A DNA stretch of 64,000 nt. Source: Candidatus Dadabacteria bacterium (GTDB taxonomy: Bacteria; Desulfobacterota_D; UBA1144; Nemesobacterales; Nemesobacteraceae). The notes below the pieces were generated by a model, which saw nothing but the letters and a program-made list of their open reading frames with translations, made no database searches and was not told where the DNA came from. Every line of letters begins with the position of its first letter. Position 1 is the stretch's first letter. Made by a program: the position numbers and the translations under genes. The DNA lies in assembly GCA_007571325.1 (NCBI GenBank), contig RKRQ01000098.1, positions 729-64,728 on the forward strand, given 5' to 3'. Shown here in pieces: positions 49,129 to 57,809 of the stretch.

Positions 49129-50010
49129 TTACAAGAGGCCCAAGGCTCGTTTTTCCTTTAGCGAGGTTTTCTTTATTCTTACTTGGAACCGCAGTTCGGC
49201 TTCAGCTTCGTCCCCGTAGAAACTTCCTGAAACGGGGGCGACAAGTTCATTGGTCGCTCCGCTTGCGACCGCAACATGGCTGTCTGCGACTGCTAAGCCT
49301 GATGAAGGGTCATATCCCCTCCATCCTCCGCCCGGGATATAGACTTCGACCCAGGCGTGAAGTTCATTCTCTCTCTTTTTTTTACTGAATGCATAGCCGC
49401 TTACGTGCCTACACGCAAGTCCGGTGGAGCGACATACACTCGCAAAAAGTTCCACAAGATCCCTGCAGGAGCCTCTTTTTTCTCTGAGAGTTTTTTCAGG
49501 CGTCCACGGGGCGCCATGCTTTCTTGCTACATGGGAGAAATTCTTGTGTATGTGGTTGCAGAGTGAAAGAATGAAGTCTAAGGTTTTTCCTTGAGTTTGA
49601 GAGAGAATAGTCTCACGAAGCTTTGAAACCTCAAGAGCGGTTTTTTTGCTTACGCTCAGATAAGGACTCAGAGCGATTTGCTGCTCCGGCGGATATCGCA
49701 TCGGTAGATATAGAAACCTTATGTCTGAGACTATGAAGTCAAAGGGATTTTTCCTAAGTGTTTCAACGACGCAGCGTGTATCAATCACCAAACGGTTGAA
49801 TTCGCCTGAGAACCAAAGGGTGACTGTTGTATTTCCGTCAAGGTCTGAGTTTACGGTTCTTCCGGCTTCTGGAGGGTCGGTCTCAAGAGAGAACATGTGG
49901 GTTATCTGTTGTCCCACGTTTTGTTTGGGGTAAATCCTCACGATGTGAGGAGCGAGGACGATTTTTTTCCCGTACGAGTAGGTCGTATTGTGATCTATGC
50001 TAAGGAACAC
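49129..50010 (-). CDS. transglutaminase-like protein (Anbu cassette gene 4)
   Basis: 293 aa. N-terminal bacterial transglutaminase-N-like region plus a core with Cys (GSCRDL), His (HAWVEVY) and Asp (GYDPS). The GTG start overlaps the upstream gene by 11 nt. Confidence 0.85.
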   Translation of the reverse strand: MFLSIDHNTTYSYGKKIVLAPHIVRIYPKQNVGQQITHMFSLETDPPEAGRTVNSDLDGNTTVTLWFSGEFNRLVIDTRCVVETLRKNPFDFIVSDIRFLYLPMRYPPEQQIALSPYLSVSKKTALEVSKLRETILSQTQGKTLDFILSLCNHIHKNFSHVARKHGAPWTPEKTLREKRGSCRDLVELFASVCRSTGLACRHVSGYAFSKKKRENELHAWVEVYIPGGGWRGYDPSSGLAVADSHVAVASGATNELVAPVSGSFYGDEAEAELRFQVRIKKTSLKEKRALGLL

Positions 50011-50737
50011 TTTTAGGGTTTCCGTTAAGAACTTTCTTTACCCATTCGGCGGGAAGTTCCTCAGCCGATTTCCTGAGTCTCTCCTGCCACCACTCGGATA
50101 TGTCGGCCAGTTCGTTTTCGCTAAAACTATACTGCTCAAGGCAAAATGAATTAGCCTTGTAGATGATCAAGTCTATCGGGAAATCGACGTCTATGGCATT
50201 TATGCGGCTGGAATCAAACGCTAGGTAAGCGATGCGAAGCGCGGTGTCGAGGCTCGTGTCGTAGGTAAGGGTTCTTTTTATAATCGGTTTTCCATATTTT
50301 GACTCGCCTATTATGACGTAGGGAGACGTGACCCCAACATTGATCCAGTTTGCCTGAGGATATACGAGGAAAAGCTGGGGTTCAGGGTCGTTTTCAAACT
50401 GTCCTCCTATTATGGAGTATATGTTAAATGAAAATCCAGATTCAGAAAGCGCCTGTCCATCTTCTTTTTTTACTTTGCGAAGTTGTTTTGAGAAAAGGTT
50501 CACGGCCTTGTAGAGACGGTCGAGGGATTCTCCAGAGTGCTCAAGCGCCTCATCAAGATAGGTGATCGTCTTGTCCCTAGCGGAGCGAAGGCCCGAAGTC
50601 ATAAGAAAAAAAGAATTGTTCCCGACCCTGTGAACGGTGACCTTCTTTGCCCGTATAGATTCGTTTCCCGTTATTATGAGATTATCGGCAAGCCCAATTA
50701 TCCCTTCTTTGAGCCTCATTCCAATACAGAAAGTCAT
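50000..50737 (-). CDS. proteasome-type Ntn peptidase, Anbu family (Anbu cassette gene 3)
   Basis: 245 aa starting MTFCIGMRLKEGIIGLAD (Thr right after Met1). Proteasome-beta-like pattern ...RAKKV...FLMTSGLRS. The conserved neighbours (ATP-grasp, alpha-E, transglutaminase) support the call. Confidence 0.8.
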   Translation of the reverse strand: MTFCIGMRLKEGIIGLADNLIITGNESIRAKKVTVHRVGNNSFFLMTSGLRSARDKTITYLDEALEHSGESLDRLYKAVNLFSKQLRKVKKEDGQALSESGFSFNIYSIIGGQFENDPEPQLFLVYPQANWINVGVTSPYVIIGESKYGKPIIKRTLTYDTSLDTALRIAYLAFDSSRINAIDVDFPIDLIIYKANSFCLEQYSFSENELADISEWWQERLRKSAEELPAEWVKKVLNGNPKSVP

Positions 50738-50752
50738 TTCGTTCTTCCCTAA

Positions 50753-51733
50753 TTAAATATCGTCAAAGTCTCGAAGGCTTTTGCCGCCTACTTGATAACT
50801 GAAGTAATCGTCGTATATACAGTTTCCTATCTCGTTTATGTACGACTGGAACCGGTTTAGGTATTCGTGCATACCGTGCTGTATTATCTCCTCAACGCTT
50901 ATAAACCGAAGGTCTGATAGAAGTCTTCCCATCTTTTTCTCAGTTTCGTTGTTGTACGTACCTGAAGGGCTGTTTGATATACAGTGAAGCGACTCGTCAG
51001 CGCGCTTGATGCAGTAGATTATAGAACGGGGAAACTGATTGTCTAGTATGAGAAAATTAAGCACGTTTTCTATGGATATCTGTTGATGCTTCGCCTTGTA
51101 GGTCTCAAGAGCATCTGAAGATTTTAGAAGCGATATCCACTGCATATTGTCTATTGAAGTTCCCACAAGCTCTGCTTTGGGAAGCAGTGTGTAATACTTT
51201 ACGTCTAGTGTCCTTGATGTGTTATCTGCCCGTTCCATTTGTTTTCCGAGTTCTGAGAAATGCCATGCTTCTCCATGCGATATGGTGACGTACCCGGAAC
51301 CGTGAAAAAGAAGACTTTGCACTTTCGCCACTTCACAGAACTTGCCGGGGTTGTCAAGCAGTTTTTTCTTGGCCTCTTCGCTGTTTAGCCTGTGATAGAA
51401 ACGGTTTATAAGAAGCCACATCTCAGAGGAGATTATCTCCCTGATGGAGCTTGCGTTCTCTCGGGCTTTGTTAACGCAGGATATAATGGAGTTTGAATTA
51501 TTGTGGTCAAGCACCATGAAGTTTATGACGTTCTCCCGGGTTACGCTGTCATACAGGCTCCTAAAAAGCTCCAAGTCTCCTGTAACCCTTACTATGGGGT
51601 CCCACTCCTGCTCCAGTGAGTCGTGTATGTCTATTGCGAGGCCGAGGTTAACGCTTATGAGCCTTGCTGTGTTTCCTGCACGCTCGGCGTAGCGGCTCAT
51701 CCAGTATATCGATTCTGCGACGCGGCTTAGAAT
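50753..51733 (-). CDS. alpha-E domain protein (Anbu cassette gene 2), probable ATT start
   Basis: The track starts at the ATG at 51700 (MSRYAERAGNTARL). The frame is open upstream and encodes (I)LSRVAESIYW, the conserved family N-terminus. ATT at 51733-31 lies 6 nt after GGAGG (51744-40), and an in-frame TAA sits at 51739-37. Confidence 0.75.
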   Translation of the reverse strand: MLSRVAESIYWMSRYAERAGNTARLISVNLGLAIDIHDSLEQEWDPIVRVTGDLELFRSLYDSVTRENVINFMVLDHNNSNSIISCVNKARENASSIREIISSEMWLLINRFYHRLNSEEAKKKLLDNPGKFCEVAKVQSLLFHGSGYVTISHGEAWHFSELGKQMERADNTSRTLDVKYYTLLPKAELVGTSIDNMQWISLLKSSDALETYKAKHQQISIENVLNFLILDNQFPRSIIYCIKRADESLHCISNSPSGTYNNETEKKMGRLLSDLRFISVEEIIQHGMHEYLNRFQSYINEIGNCIYDDYFSYQVGGKSLRDFDDI

Positions 51734-53199
51734 TTTTTACCTCCATTCCCGCCGTTGTTCTTTTCCGGGGCAAGCACCCATGTGTCCTTGCTTCCTCCTC
51801 CCTGGGAAGAATTAACTATCATTGAACCTTTGCGAAGAGCCACTCTCGTTAACCCTCCCGGCAGAACGAATATATCCTTTCCGTAGAGAATAAAGGGTCT
51901 TAAATCGACGTGGCGCCCCTCAAAGTGGTCGTCTACTATCACGGGAGCCCGGGATAGGGACATTGTCTTCTGGGCTATGTAGTTTCTGGGATTTGCTTTT
52001 ATGTTCTTTTTGGCTTGAGACAGTTCTTCTTTCGTTGCCTTGGGTCCGAACACTATTCCATATCCTCCGGATTCGTTCGCAGGTTTTACCACCAGCTTCT
52101 CAATATTGTCAAGCACGTATTTTCTCGCCTCATCCTCCTCGCAGATATACGTAGGCACGTTTGATACCACAGGGTCTTCCCCTAGATAATACTTTATTAT
52201 CTTCTCAACGTAGGCGTATATTATCTTGTCGTCGGCAACTCCTCCTCCAGGGGCGTTTGCTATGGCTACGTTGCCTGCCTTGTAAGCATTGAAAAGCCCC
52301 GGAACTCCAAGCACCGAATCCGGCCGGAACACCTGTGGGTCAAGGAAGTTGTCATCTATTCTTCTGTATATGACATCCACTTTTTCAAGTCCCTTCGTTG
52401 TTTTTAGATGAACGAAGTTATCAACCACAACAAGGTCCCTTCCCTCAACGAGTTCTATCCCCATTTCCTTTGCCAAAAACGAGTGTTCAAAGTAAGCCGA
52501 GTTGTAAATCCCGGGGGTGAGAAGCACAACCTTTGGGTTTGCGCTTCTGTCAGACAGAAGATACTGGAGCGTGTCTAGCAGATGGAGCCCGTAATCGCTT
52601 ATGGGCATTATCTTCACTGCGTCGAATACTTTTGGGAAGGTTCGCTTTAGAAGCTCGCGATTTTCAAGCACGTAGGATACTCCCGAAGGAGAGCGTAGAT
52701 TATCCTCAAGGATGTAAAAATTGCCGTCAGAGTGTCTTATAAGATCCGTTCCCGTTATATGGCACCAGATTTTTCTCGGTGGAGAAAAACCGATGCAATC
52801 AAGACGAAACTCCCTGCTTGAGAGAATTAGTTCCTTGGGTACAACCTTGTCTCTTAGGATCTTACGGTCGTTGTATATATCGTCTATAAAGAGATTCAGC
52901 GCGTGGATTCTCTGCTTGAGGCCCCTCTCAATCTTCTCCCAGTCTTCGGCAGACACTATTCTAGGGATTATGTCGAATGGGAAAATGTTTTCCTCTGAAC
53001 CTTTTTTCTCCGAGTAAAGCGTGAAGGTTACTCCCATATCGAACAGGTTTATTTCAGCTGCTTTCTGCCGTTCGATAAGTTCTCCGTCAGAAAGACTTTC
53101 TATCCTGTCGGTGAGAAAACGGGTCCACTCGTACGGGGTGGCACTGTCCTTGAAAACTTCGTCGTAAAATCCTTCCGTATCATAATTTTTGAAATCCAT
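51727..53199 (-). CDS. circularly permuted type-2 ATP-grasp protein (Anbu cassette gene 1)
   Basis: 490 aa with NAPGGGVADDK, KPANESGGYG and the C-terminal PGGLTRVALRKGSMIVNSSQGGGSKDTWVL hallmark, as I recall for this family (COG2308-type). Confidence 0.85.
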   Translation of the reverse strand: MDFKNYDTEGFYDEVFKDSATPYEWTRFLTDRIESLSDGELIERQKAAEINLFDMGVTFTLYSEKKGSEENIFPFDIIPRIVSAEDWEKIERGLKQRIHALNLFIDDIYNDRKILRDKVVPKELILSSREFRLDCIGFSPPRKIWCHITGTDLIRHSDGNFYILEDNLRSPSGVSYVLENRELLKRTFPKVFDAVKIMPISDYGLHLLDTLQYLLSDRSANPKVVLLTPGIYNSAYFEHSFLAKEMGIELVEGRDLVVVDNFVHLKTTKGLEKVDVIYRRIDDNFLDPQVFRPDSVLGVPGLFNAYKAGNVAIANAPGGGVADDKIIYAYVEKIIKYYLGEDPVVSNVPTYICEEDEARKYVLDNIEKLVVKPANESGGYGIVFGPKATKEELSQAKKNIKANPRNYIAQKTMSLSRAPVIVDDHFEGRHVDLRPFILYGKDIFVLPGGLTRVALRKGSMIVNSSQGGGSKDTWVLAPEKNNGGNGGKKF

Positions 53200-53525
53200 T
53201 TTTGCTTCAAGGGCCTTTTTCGAAAAATTTAACTAAAAGACTAAACCATGACAAAGAAAAGTCGGGAGTTTTTGCCTGATTTTTTAATTTGATGCATTGA
53301 AGAATTGGTATGAAATTATGTAGGTCCAAACACACCGATTAATTCCGAGTATATATACGACTGAAATCTTAGGGCAGAAAGAAATTTCATGGTTTTGATA
53401 TGAACATATTTTTGGATTTCCAGATGCTGCGTGTGCCTAGCCTGGATTTCTCACAGAGAGTATAGAAACTGCTGTATGCGTCCAGGCTTTAGGAGAGGCT
53501 TTATTATGTAGAATAAATCATCTTT

Positions 53526-54854
53526 TTACAGTATGTACCTGCTTAAGTCTCGGTCTTTAACGATATCTGCTATTTTTTCATCTACATAGTTTTTATCTAT
53601 AACGAAATTTTTCTCCTTCATGTCAGGAGCGTTAAAGGAAATTTCATCAAGCAGTTTCTCAAGAACTGTGTGAAGTCTTCTTGCTCCTATGTTTTCGGTG
53701 GAGCCGTTAACCTCGGCCGCAGTCTCGGCTATTTTTTCTATTGCCTCGTTGCTGAACACAAGATTTATACCCTCGGTTTTCATAAGTGCGGTGTATTGTT
53801 TTATAAGAGCGTTTTTGGGTTCGGTAAGGATACGTATGAAGTCATCTTTTGTAAGCGCCTCAAGCTCAACCCTTATGGGAAAACGTCCTTGGAGTTCGGG
53901 TATGAGGTCTGAAGGCTTTGAAACGTGAAACGCCCCGGCTCCAATAAAAAGTATGTGATCGGTTCTCACCATCCCGTGCTTTGTGGTTACGCTGCTTCCC
54001 TCGATTATAGGGAGAAGATCTCTCTGCACCCCTTCTCTTGAAACATCAGGACCGGAGACGCTGTTTTTTCCGGCAACCTTATCTATCTCATCTATAAATA
54101 TTATCCCGGAGTTCTCAGTTCTCTCCAAGGCAAGCTGGGTAACCTTGTCTACGTCTATAAGTTTTCGGGCTTCCTCTTCGGTAAGAATCTCTATGGCTTC
54201 TGGGACCTTAACCTTTCTTATCTTAGATTTTTTTGGCATGAGGTTTCCGATCATTTCTGAGATTCCAGGATCCATTTCCTCTACTCCAGCCTGACTGAAT
54301 ACCTGTATGGGGAGGTTCCTCGCGGTTATCTCTATTTCGACTTCTCTTTCGTCAAGTTTCCCGTCCCAAAGAAGTTTTCTCATCTTTTTCTTCGTCTCGC
54401 TCATATCCGTTTCCGCCTCGGCTTCTGGACGAGTAGGAACGAGCAGGTCAATCAGTTTGTCTTCGGCAAGCTCTCTTGCTCTAGTGTTAACGGAAAGGGT
54501 TTCCTCCTCGGTAACCATGTTTATCGCTATTTCCGTAAGATCCCGTATCATCGATTCAACGTCCCTACCCACATAGCCAACCTCCGTAAATTTTGACGCC
54601 TCAACTTTTACAAAGGGCGCTTGGGCAAGTTTCGCCAGCCGTCTCGCTATTTCAGTTTTGCCCACCCCCGTAGGTCCCATCATAAGTATGTTCTTGGGAG
54701 AAATCTCGTCTCGAAGTTCAGCCGATACCTTTTGTCTTCTCCACCTGTTTCTGAGCGCTACACCAACGGCCCTTTTGGCCATGTTCTGTCCAACTATGTA
54801 CTTGTCAAGCTCCGATACTATTTCTCTGGGAGTAAGATAGGACTCTTTAGACAT
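53526..54854 (-). CDS. hslU: ATP-dependent protease ATPase subunit HslU
   Basis: 442 aa with [41 protein letters not shown] and an I-domain. Confidence 0.97.
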   Translation of the reverse strand: MSKESYLTPREIVSELDKYIVGQNMAKRAVGVALRNRWRRQKVSAELRDEISPKNILMMGPTGVGKTEIARRLAKLAQAPFVKVEASKFTEVGYVGRDVESMIRDLTEIAINMVTEEETLSVNTRARELAEDKLIDLLVPTRPEAEAETDMSETKKKMRKLLWDGKLDEREVEIEITARNLPIQVFSQAGVEEMDPGISEMIGNLMPKKSKIRKVKVPEAIEILTEEEARKLIDVDKVTQLALERTENSGIIFIDEIDKVAGKNSVSGPDVSREGVQRDLLPIIEGSSVTTKHGMVRTDHILFIGAGAFHVSKPSDLIPELQGRFPIRVELEALTKDDFIRILTEPKNALIKQYTALMKTEGINLVFSNEAIEKIAETAAEVNGSTENIGARRLHTVLEKLLDEISFNAPDMKEKNFVIDKNYVDEKIADIVKDRDLSRYIL

Positions 54855-55391
54855 TTACGCTATCTCCTCTATGGATATGTGGTTGTTTGTGTAAATGCAT
54901 ATCCCCGCGGCGATCTCGAGAGAATGCTTTACTATTTCCGTTGCGCAAAGTTCGGAATGCTTAGCAAGAGCTAAGGCGGCCGCTTGGGCAAAGGGACCAC
55001 CGGAACCTATGGCTATAACGCTTTCATCGGGTTCTATTATGTCTCCGCTTCCCGAGATTATAAGCATGGTTTCAGAATTTGCGACTATGAGCAGAGCCTC
55101 AAGTCTTCTTAGTATCCTGTCAGTTCTCCATTCCTTTGCCAGTTCAACAGCGGCGCGTTGCAAGTTTCCCCGGAATTCTTCGAGCTTCCCCTCGAACTTG
55201 TCAAAAAGCGTCATGGCATCTGCGGTTGAGCCCGCAAATCCAGCGCAGATCTTTCCGCCGTACATTTTTCTTATCTTCTTTGCGTTATGTTTTACCGCGG
55301 TTGTTCCCATTGTTACTTGGCCGTCGCCCCCGAGCGCCACTCTACCGTCTTTTTTGACGCAGAGTATTGTGGTTCCATGAAACTGACTCAT
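54855..55391 (-). CDS. hslV: ATP-dependent protease peptidase subunit HslV (CodW-like N-terminus)
   Basis: 178 aa: [12 protein letters not shown]...GDGQVT...GFAGSTADA...GSGG. It is immediately contiguous with hslU. Confidence 0.95.
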   Translation of the reverse strand: MSQFHGTTILCVKKDGRVALGGDGQVTMGTTAVKHNAKKIRKMYGGKICAGFAGSTADAMTLFDKFEGKLEEFRGNLQRAAVELAKEWRTDRILRRLEALLIVANSETMLIISGSGDIIEPDESVIAIGSGGPFAQAAALALAKHSELCATEIVKHSLEIAAGICIYTNNHISIEEIA

Positions 55392-55415
55392 AGTTTTTTC
55401 CTCTCTTCCCGTTGC

Positions 55416-56288
55416 CTAAGCATTGGGGTGGGTTTTATCGTAGACTTCCATTATCCTCTCAATCGAAAGATGTGTATATCTCTGGGTAGTCGAGAGGCTT
55501 GAGTGGCCAAGCATTTCCTGTATAGCCCGAAGGTCGGCACCACCCGCGAGAAGGTGAGTGGCGAATGAGTGCCTGAGCACATGGGGACTTACGTTTTTTG
55601 ATATACCGGAGACAAGGCCGTATTTTTTAATTATCCGCGCTAGACTCCTTGTGGTTATCCCGTTTCCTCTTGAATTTAAGAATATATGGTTGGATGTAGG
55701 TTTAAATTCCTCTCTAATTTCCAGATACTTTTCTAAGGCGGAAAGAGCCTTTGATCCAACGGGAATGATCCTTTCCTTGTTTCCCTTTCCTCGAATCCTT
55801 ATTATCGCCTCCCCCATGTTCAAGTCACCTAAGGTGGCTCCCGCCAGTTCGCTTACCCGAAGGCCGCTTGAGTAAAGCAACTCGAGAATTGCTCTGTCGC
55901 GAATATTAAGAGGATTTTTCTCCGTATTTATGTCCACGAGGTTAAACACCTCATCCACACTTAGAAATACCGGAAGATGTTTTTCCTTTTTCGGAGTGCG
56001 TACGAGTTTTGCCGGATTTTGCGTCAGGAAATCTATCCTTACCAGAAATGAAAAAAAAGACCTTATGGTAGATATTTTTCTCTCAACTGAAGCAGGTGAG
56101 TTTTTTCCGTAAAGAGTGGATACGTATGCGTTTATGGTTGAAACGTTTACCTCTTCAATCTTTTTTCCTTCTTTTAGTAGGAAATCGCGAAAATTCTCAA
56201 GATCACCCCTATAGGCTTTTACCGTGTGTTCCGAATAGTTTCTTTCATCGGAAAGATGCTCTATGAAGCTTTCAAACAATTGGTTCAT
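55416..56288 (-). CDS. xerC: tyrosine recombinase XerC
   Basis: 290 aa with a SAM-like N-domain and the catalytic R..HxLRHSFATHLL..GADLR..LGH...TTQRYTH. The position upstream of hslVU is the classic xerC context; XerD cannot be fully excluded. Confidence 0.8.
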   Translation of the reverse strand: MNQLFESFIEHLSDERNYSEHTVKAYRGDLENFRDFLLKEGKKIEEVNVSTINAYVSTLYGKNSPASVERKISTIRSFFSFLVRIDFLTQNPAKLVRTPKKEKHLPVFLSVDEVFNLVDINTEKNPLNIRDRAILELLYSSGLRVSELAGATLGDLNMGEAIIRIRGKGNKERIIPVGSKALSALEKYLEIREEFKPTSNHIFLNSRGNGITTRSLARIIKKYGLVSGISKNVSPHVLRHSFATHLLAGGADLRAIQEMLGHSSLSTTQRYTHLSIERIMEVYDKTHPNA

Positions 56289-56414
56289 CTGTCATTGAAA
56301 TATATATGCTCATTTGCTTTGGACAAGTATTGTTAGAGGAGAGTGACTCAGAAGGCTTTTTCTACAGATTTTTATGTGTTTAATACCATGATGATTTTGT
56401 TATAGAAGGGCAAA

Positions 56415-57557
56415 TTACAGATTAACAAGAATTTCTTCGTAGCCAGAAACCATTCTGTCCTTGGAAAAGTATCGTGAACGTTTTTTTGCTTCAGTTGCAA
56501 TGTCAGTCCTGAGTTTTTCGTCTTTAATAAGCCTTAAAATTCCAGAGGCCATTTTCTGGGGATCAGCAACTGGAACCAAGAGTCCACTTTTTTCATTCTC
56601 TATTATTTCATTAGGTCCATAATCACAGTCCGTTGAAATCACCGGCATTCCGAGAGACATAGCCTCAAGCAACACCAATGAAAAACCTTCTGAAATAGAG
56701 GAAACAACAAAAATATCACCATGGCGCATATACGCATATGGCACTTTTTCCCCAACCATGTCCACTTTTTCACTTATTCCAAGCGATTTTGCTTTCAGGA
56801 GCAACTTATTTTTCAGCTTGCCGTCACCAACTATTATTAAACGTGCGTTGGTTGTTTTATTCACGATTTTGAGTGCTTCAAGAAGATATGAGTAGCCTTT
56901 CAGTATATTCATACGTCCCGTAGCAATGAGAACAGGGGAATTATCATTAAAGTATTTGTGAGAGCGGGAAAAACTATCTGCCATTTTGGATTTTTCTACA
57001 ATTTCCTCAATATCTATGCCGTTATGAACCGTTTTAACTTCATTTATCTGGAAAAGTTCTGCGGCTGCTTTTGAAACCCCTTTTGAAACTCCAACTACTA
57101 CATCTGCAAGACTGTAAGTTTTTTTCCTATAAAAAAGAACAAAAGACTTGGGACAAATTCGCCATCGTTTCGGCAAACCATCTGATAGTTGAATAATTGG
57201 GTTGCCAGATTGTACCAAAACAACCTTAGTTCCCAAAAGCCGTCCAGCAATTGCTGATACGGGTTTTGTAATCCAAGTCATGGAACAAAGCACGTCAGGT
57301 TTCCATTTGGAAATTGCTCTTGCTACCTCATAATTTCCTCTAAGGAAAAAGGGTTTGAGGTAATTGCTCTGTGCAGAAATAACTTCTATCTTAGGGTTAA
57401 CATCTTCTATTCTTGCACCTTTCAGGTTTTTGAGATCAAAGACTAAAATTGCTACTGCGTGCCCTTTCTCACAAAGTCCATTTGCAAGGTCTACTATATG
57501 TTTCTCAGCCCCCCCTGCAAGAGCTAAATTCTTGGTTACAAACAATATTCGTTTCAT
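56415..57557 (-). CDS. glycosyltransferase family 4 (GT-B, GT1-type C-domain)
   Basis: About 380 aa from MKRILFVTKNLALAGGAEKH, with C-terminal SEGFSLVLLEAMSLGMPVIST (EX7E-type). The track start at 57608 adds 17 residues. Confidence 0.85.
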   Translation of the reverse strand: MKRILFVTKNLALAGGAEKHIVDLANGLCEKGHAVAILVFDLKNLKGARIEDVNPKIEVISAQSNYLKPFFLRGNYEVARAISKWKPDVLCSMTWITKPVSAIAGRLLGTKVVLVQSGNPIIQLSDGLPKRWRICPKSFVLFYRKKTYSLADVVVGVSKGVSKAAAELFQINEVKTVHNGIDIEEIVEKSKMADSFSRSHKYFNDNSPVLIATGRMNILKGYSYLLEALKIVNKTTNARLIIVGDGKLKNKLLLKAKSLGISEKVDMVGEKVPYAYMRHGDIFVVSSISEGFSLVLLEAMSLGMPVISTDCDYGPNEIIENEKSGLLVPVADPQKMASGILRLIKDEKLRTDIATEAKKRSRYFSKDRMVSGYEEILVNL

Positions 57558-57809
57558 TCTCTTTTTTATACTGATTGTTTTGAGGGTACGTAGTGTAACA
57601 CGAACCATATTTGATTTCTATTCAGTAGCATCTCAAGTAATTTTCCAAATTTTTTATGAATTCTCTTTTATCAGTGAGAAAATGGTTTCCGCTCAACCGG
57701 GTAAGGTTTATGTTTATATTTATGGAAATCTGTTTAAAATTGCGAGATTGTATTTAAGAAAACCAAAAATCTGTTTTAACACATAGAACTAGTTTCTAGA
57801 CTTTGAGCC

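Noticed and set aside
54895-55380. Large antisense or alternate-frame ORFs inside confident genes. Examples: 54895..55380 in hslV, 2264..2725 in trpE, 17569..18081 in ppiD-like, 21575..22030 in smc, 59422..59928 in the permease, 48453..48956 in argB, 39732..40229 in amt, 24436..24885 in secA.
   Set aside because: They have low-complexity Ser/Pro/Arg-rich compositions typical of shadow ORFs. Each lies wholly inside a gene with strong family motifs on the other strand or frame.
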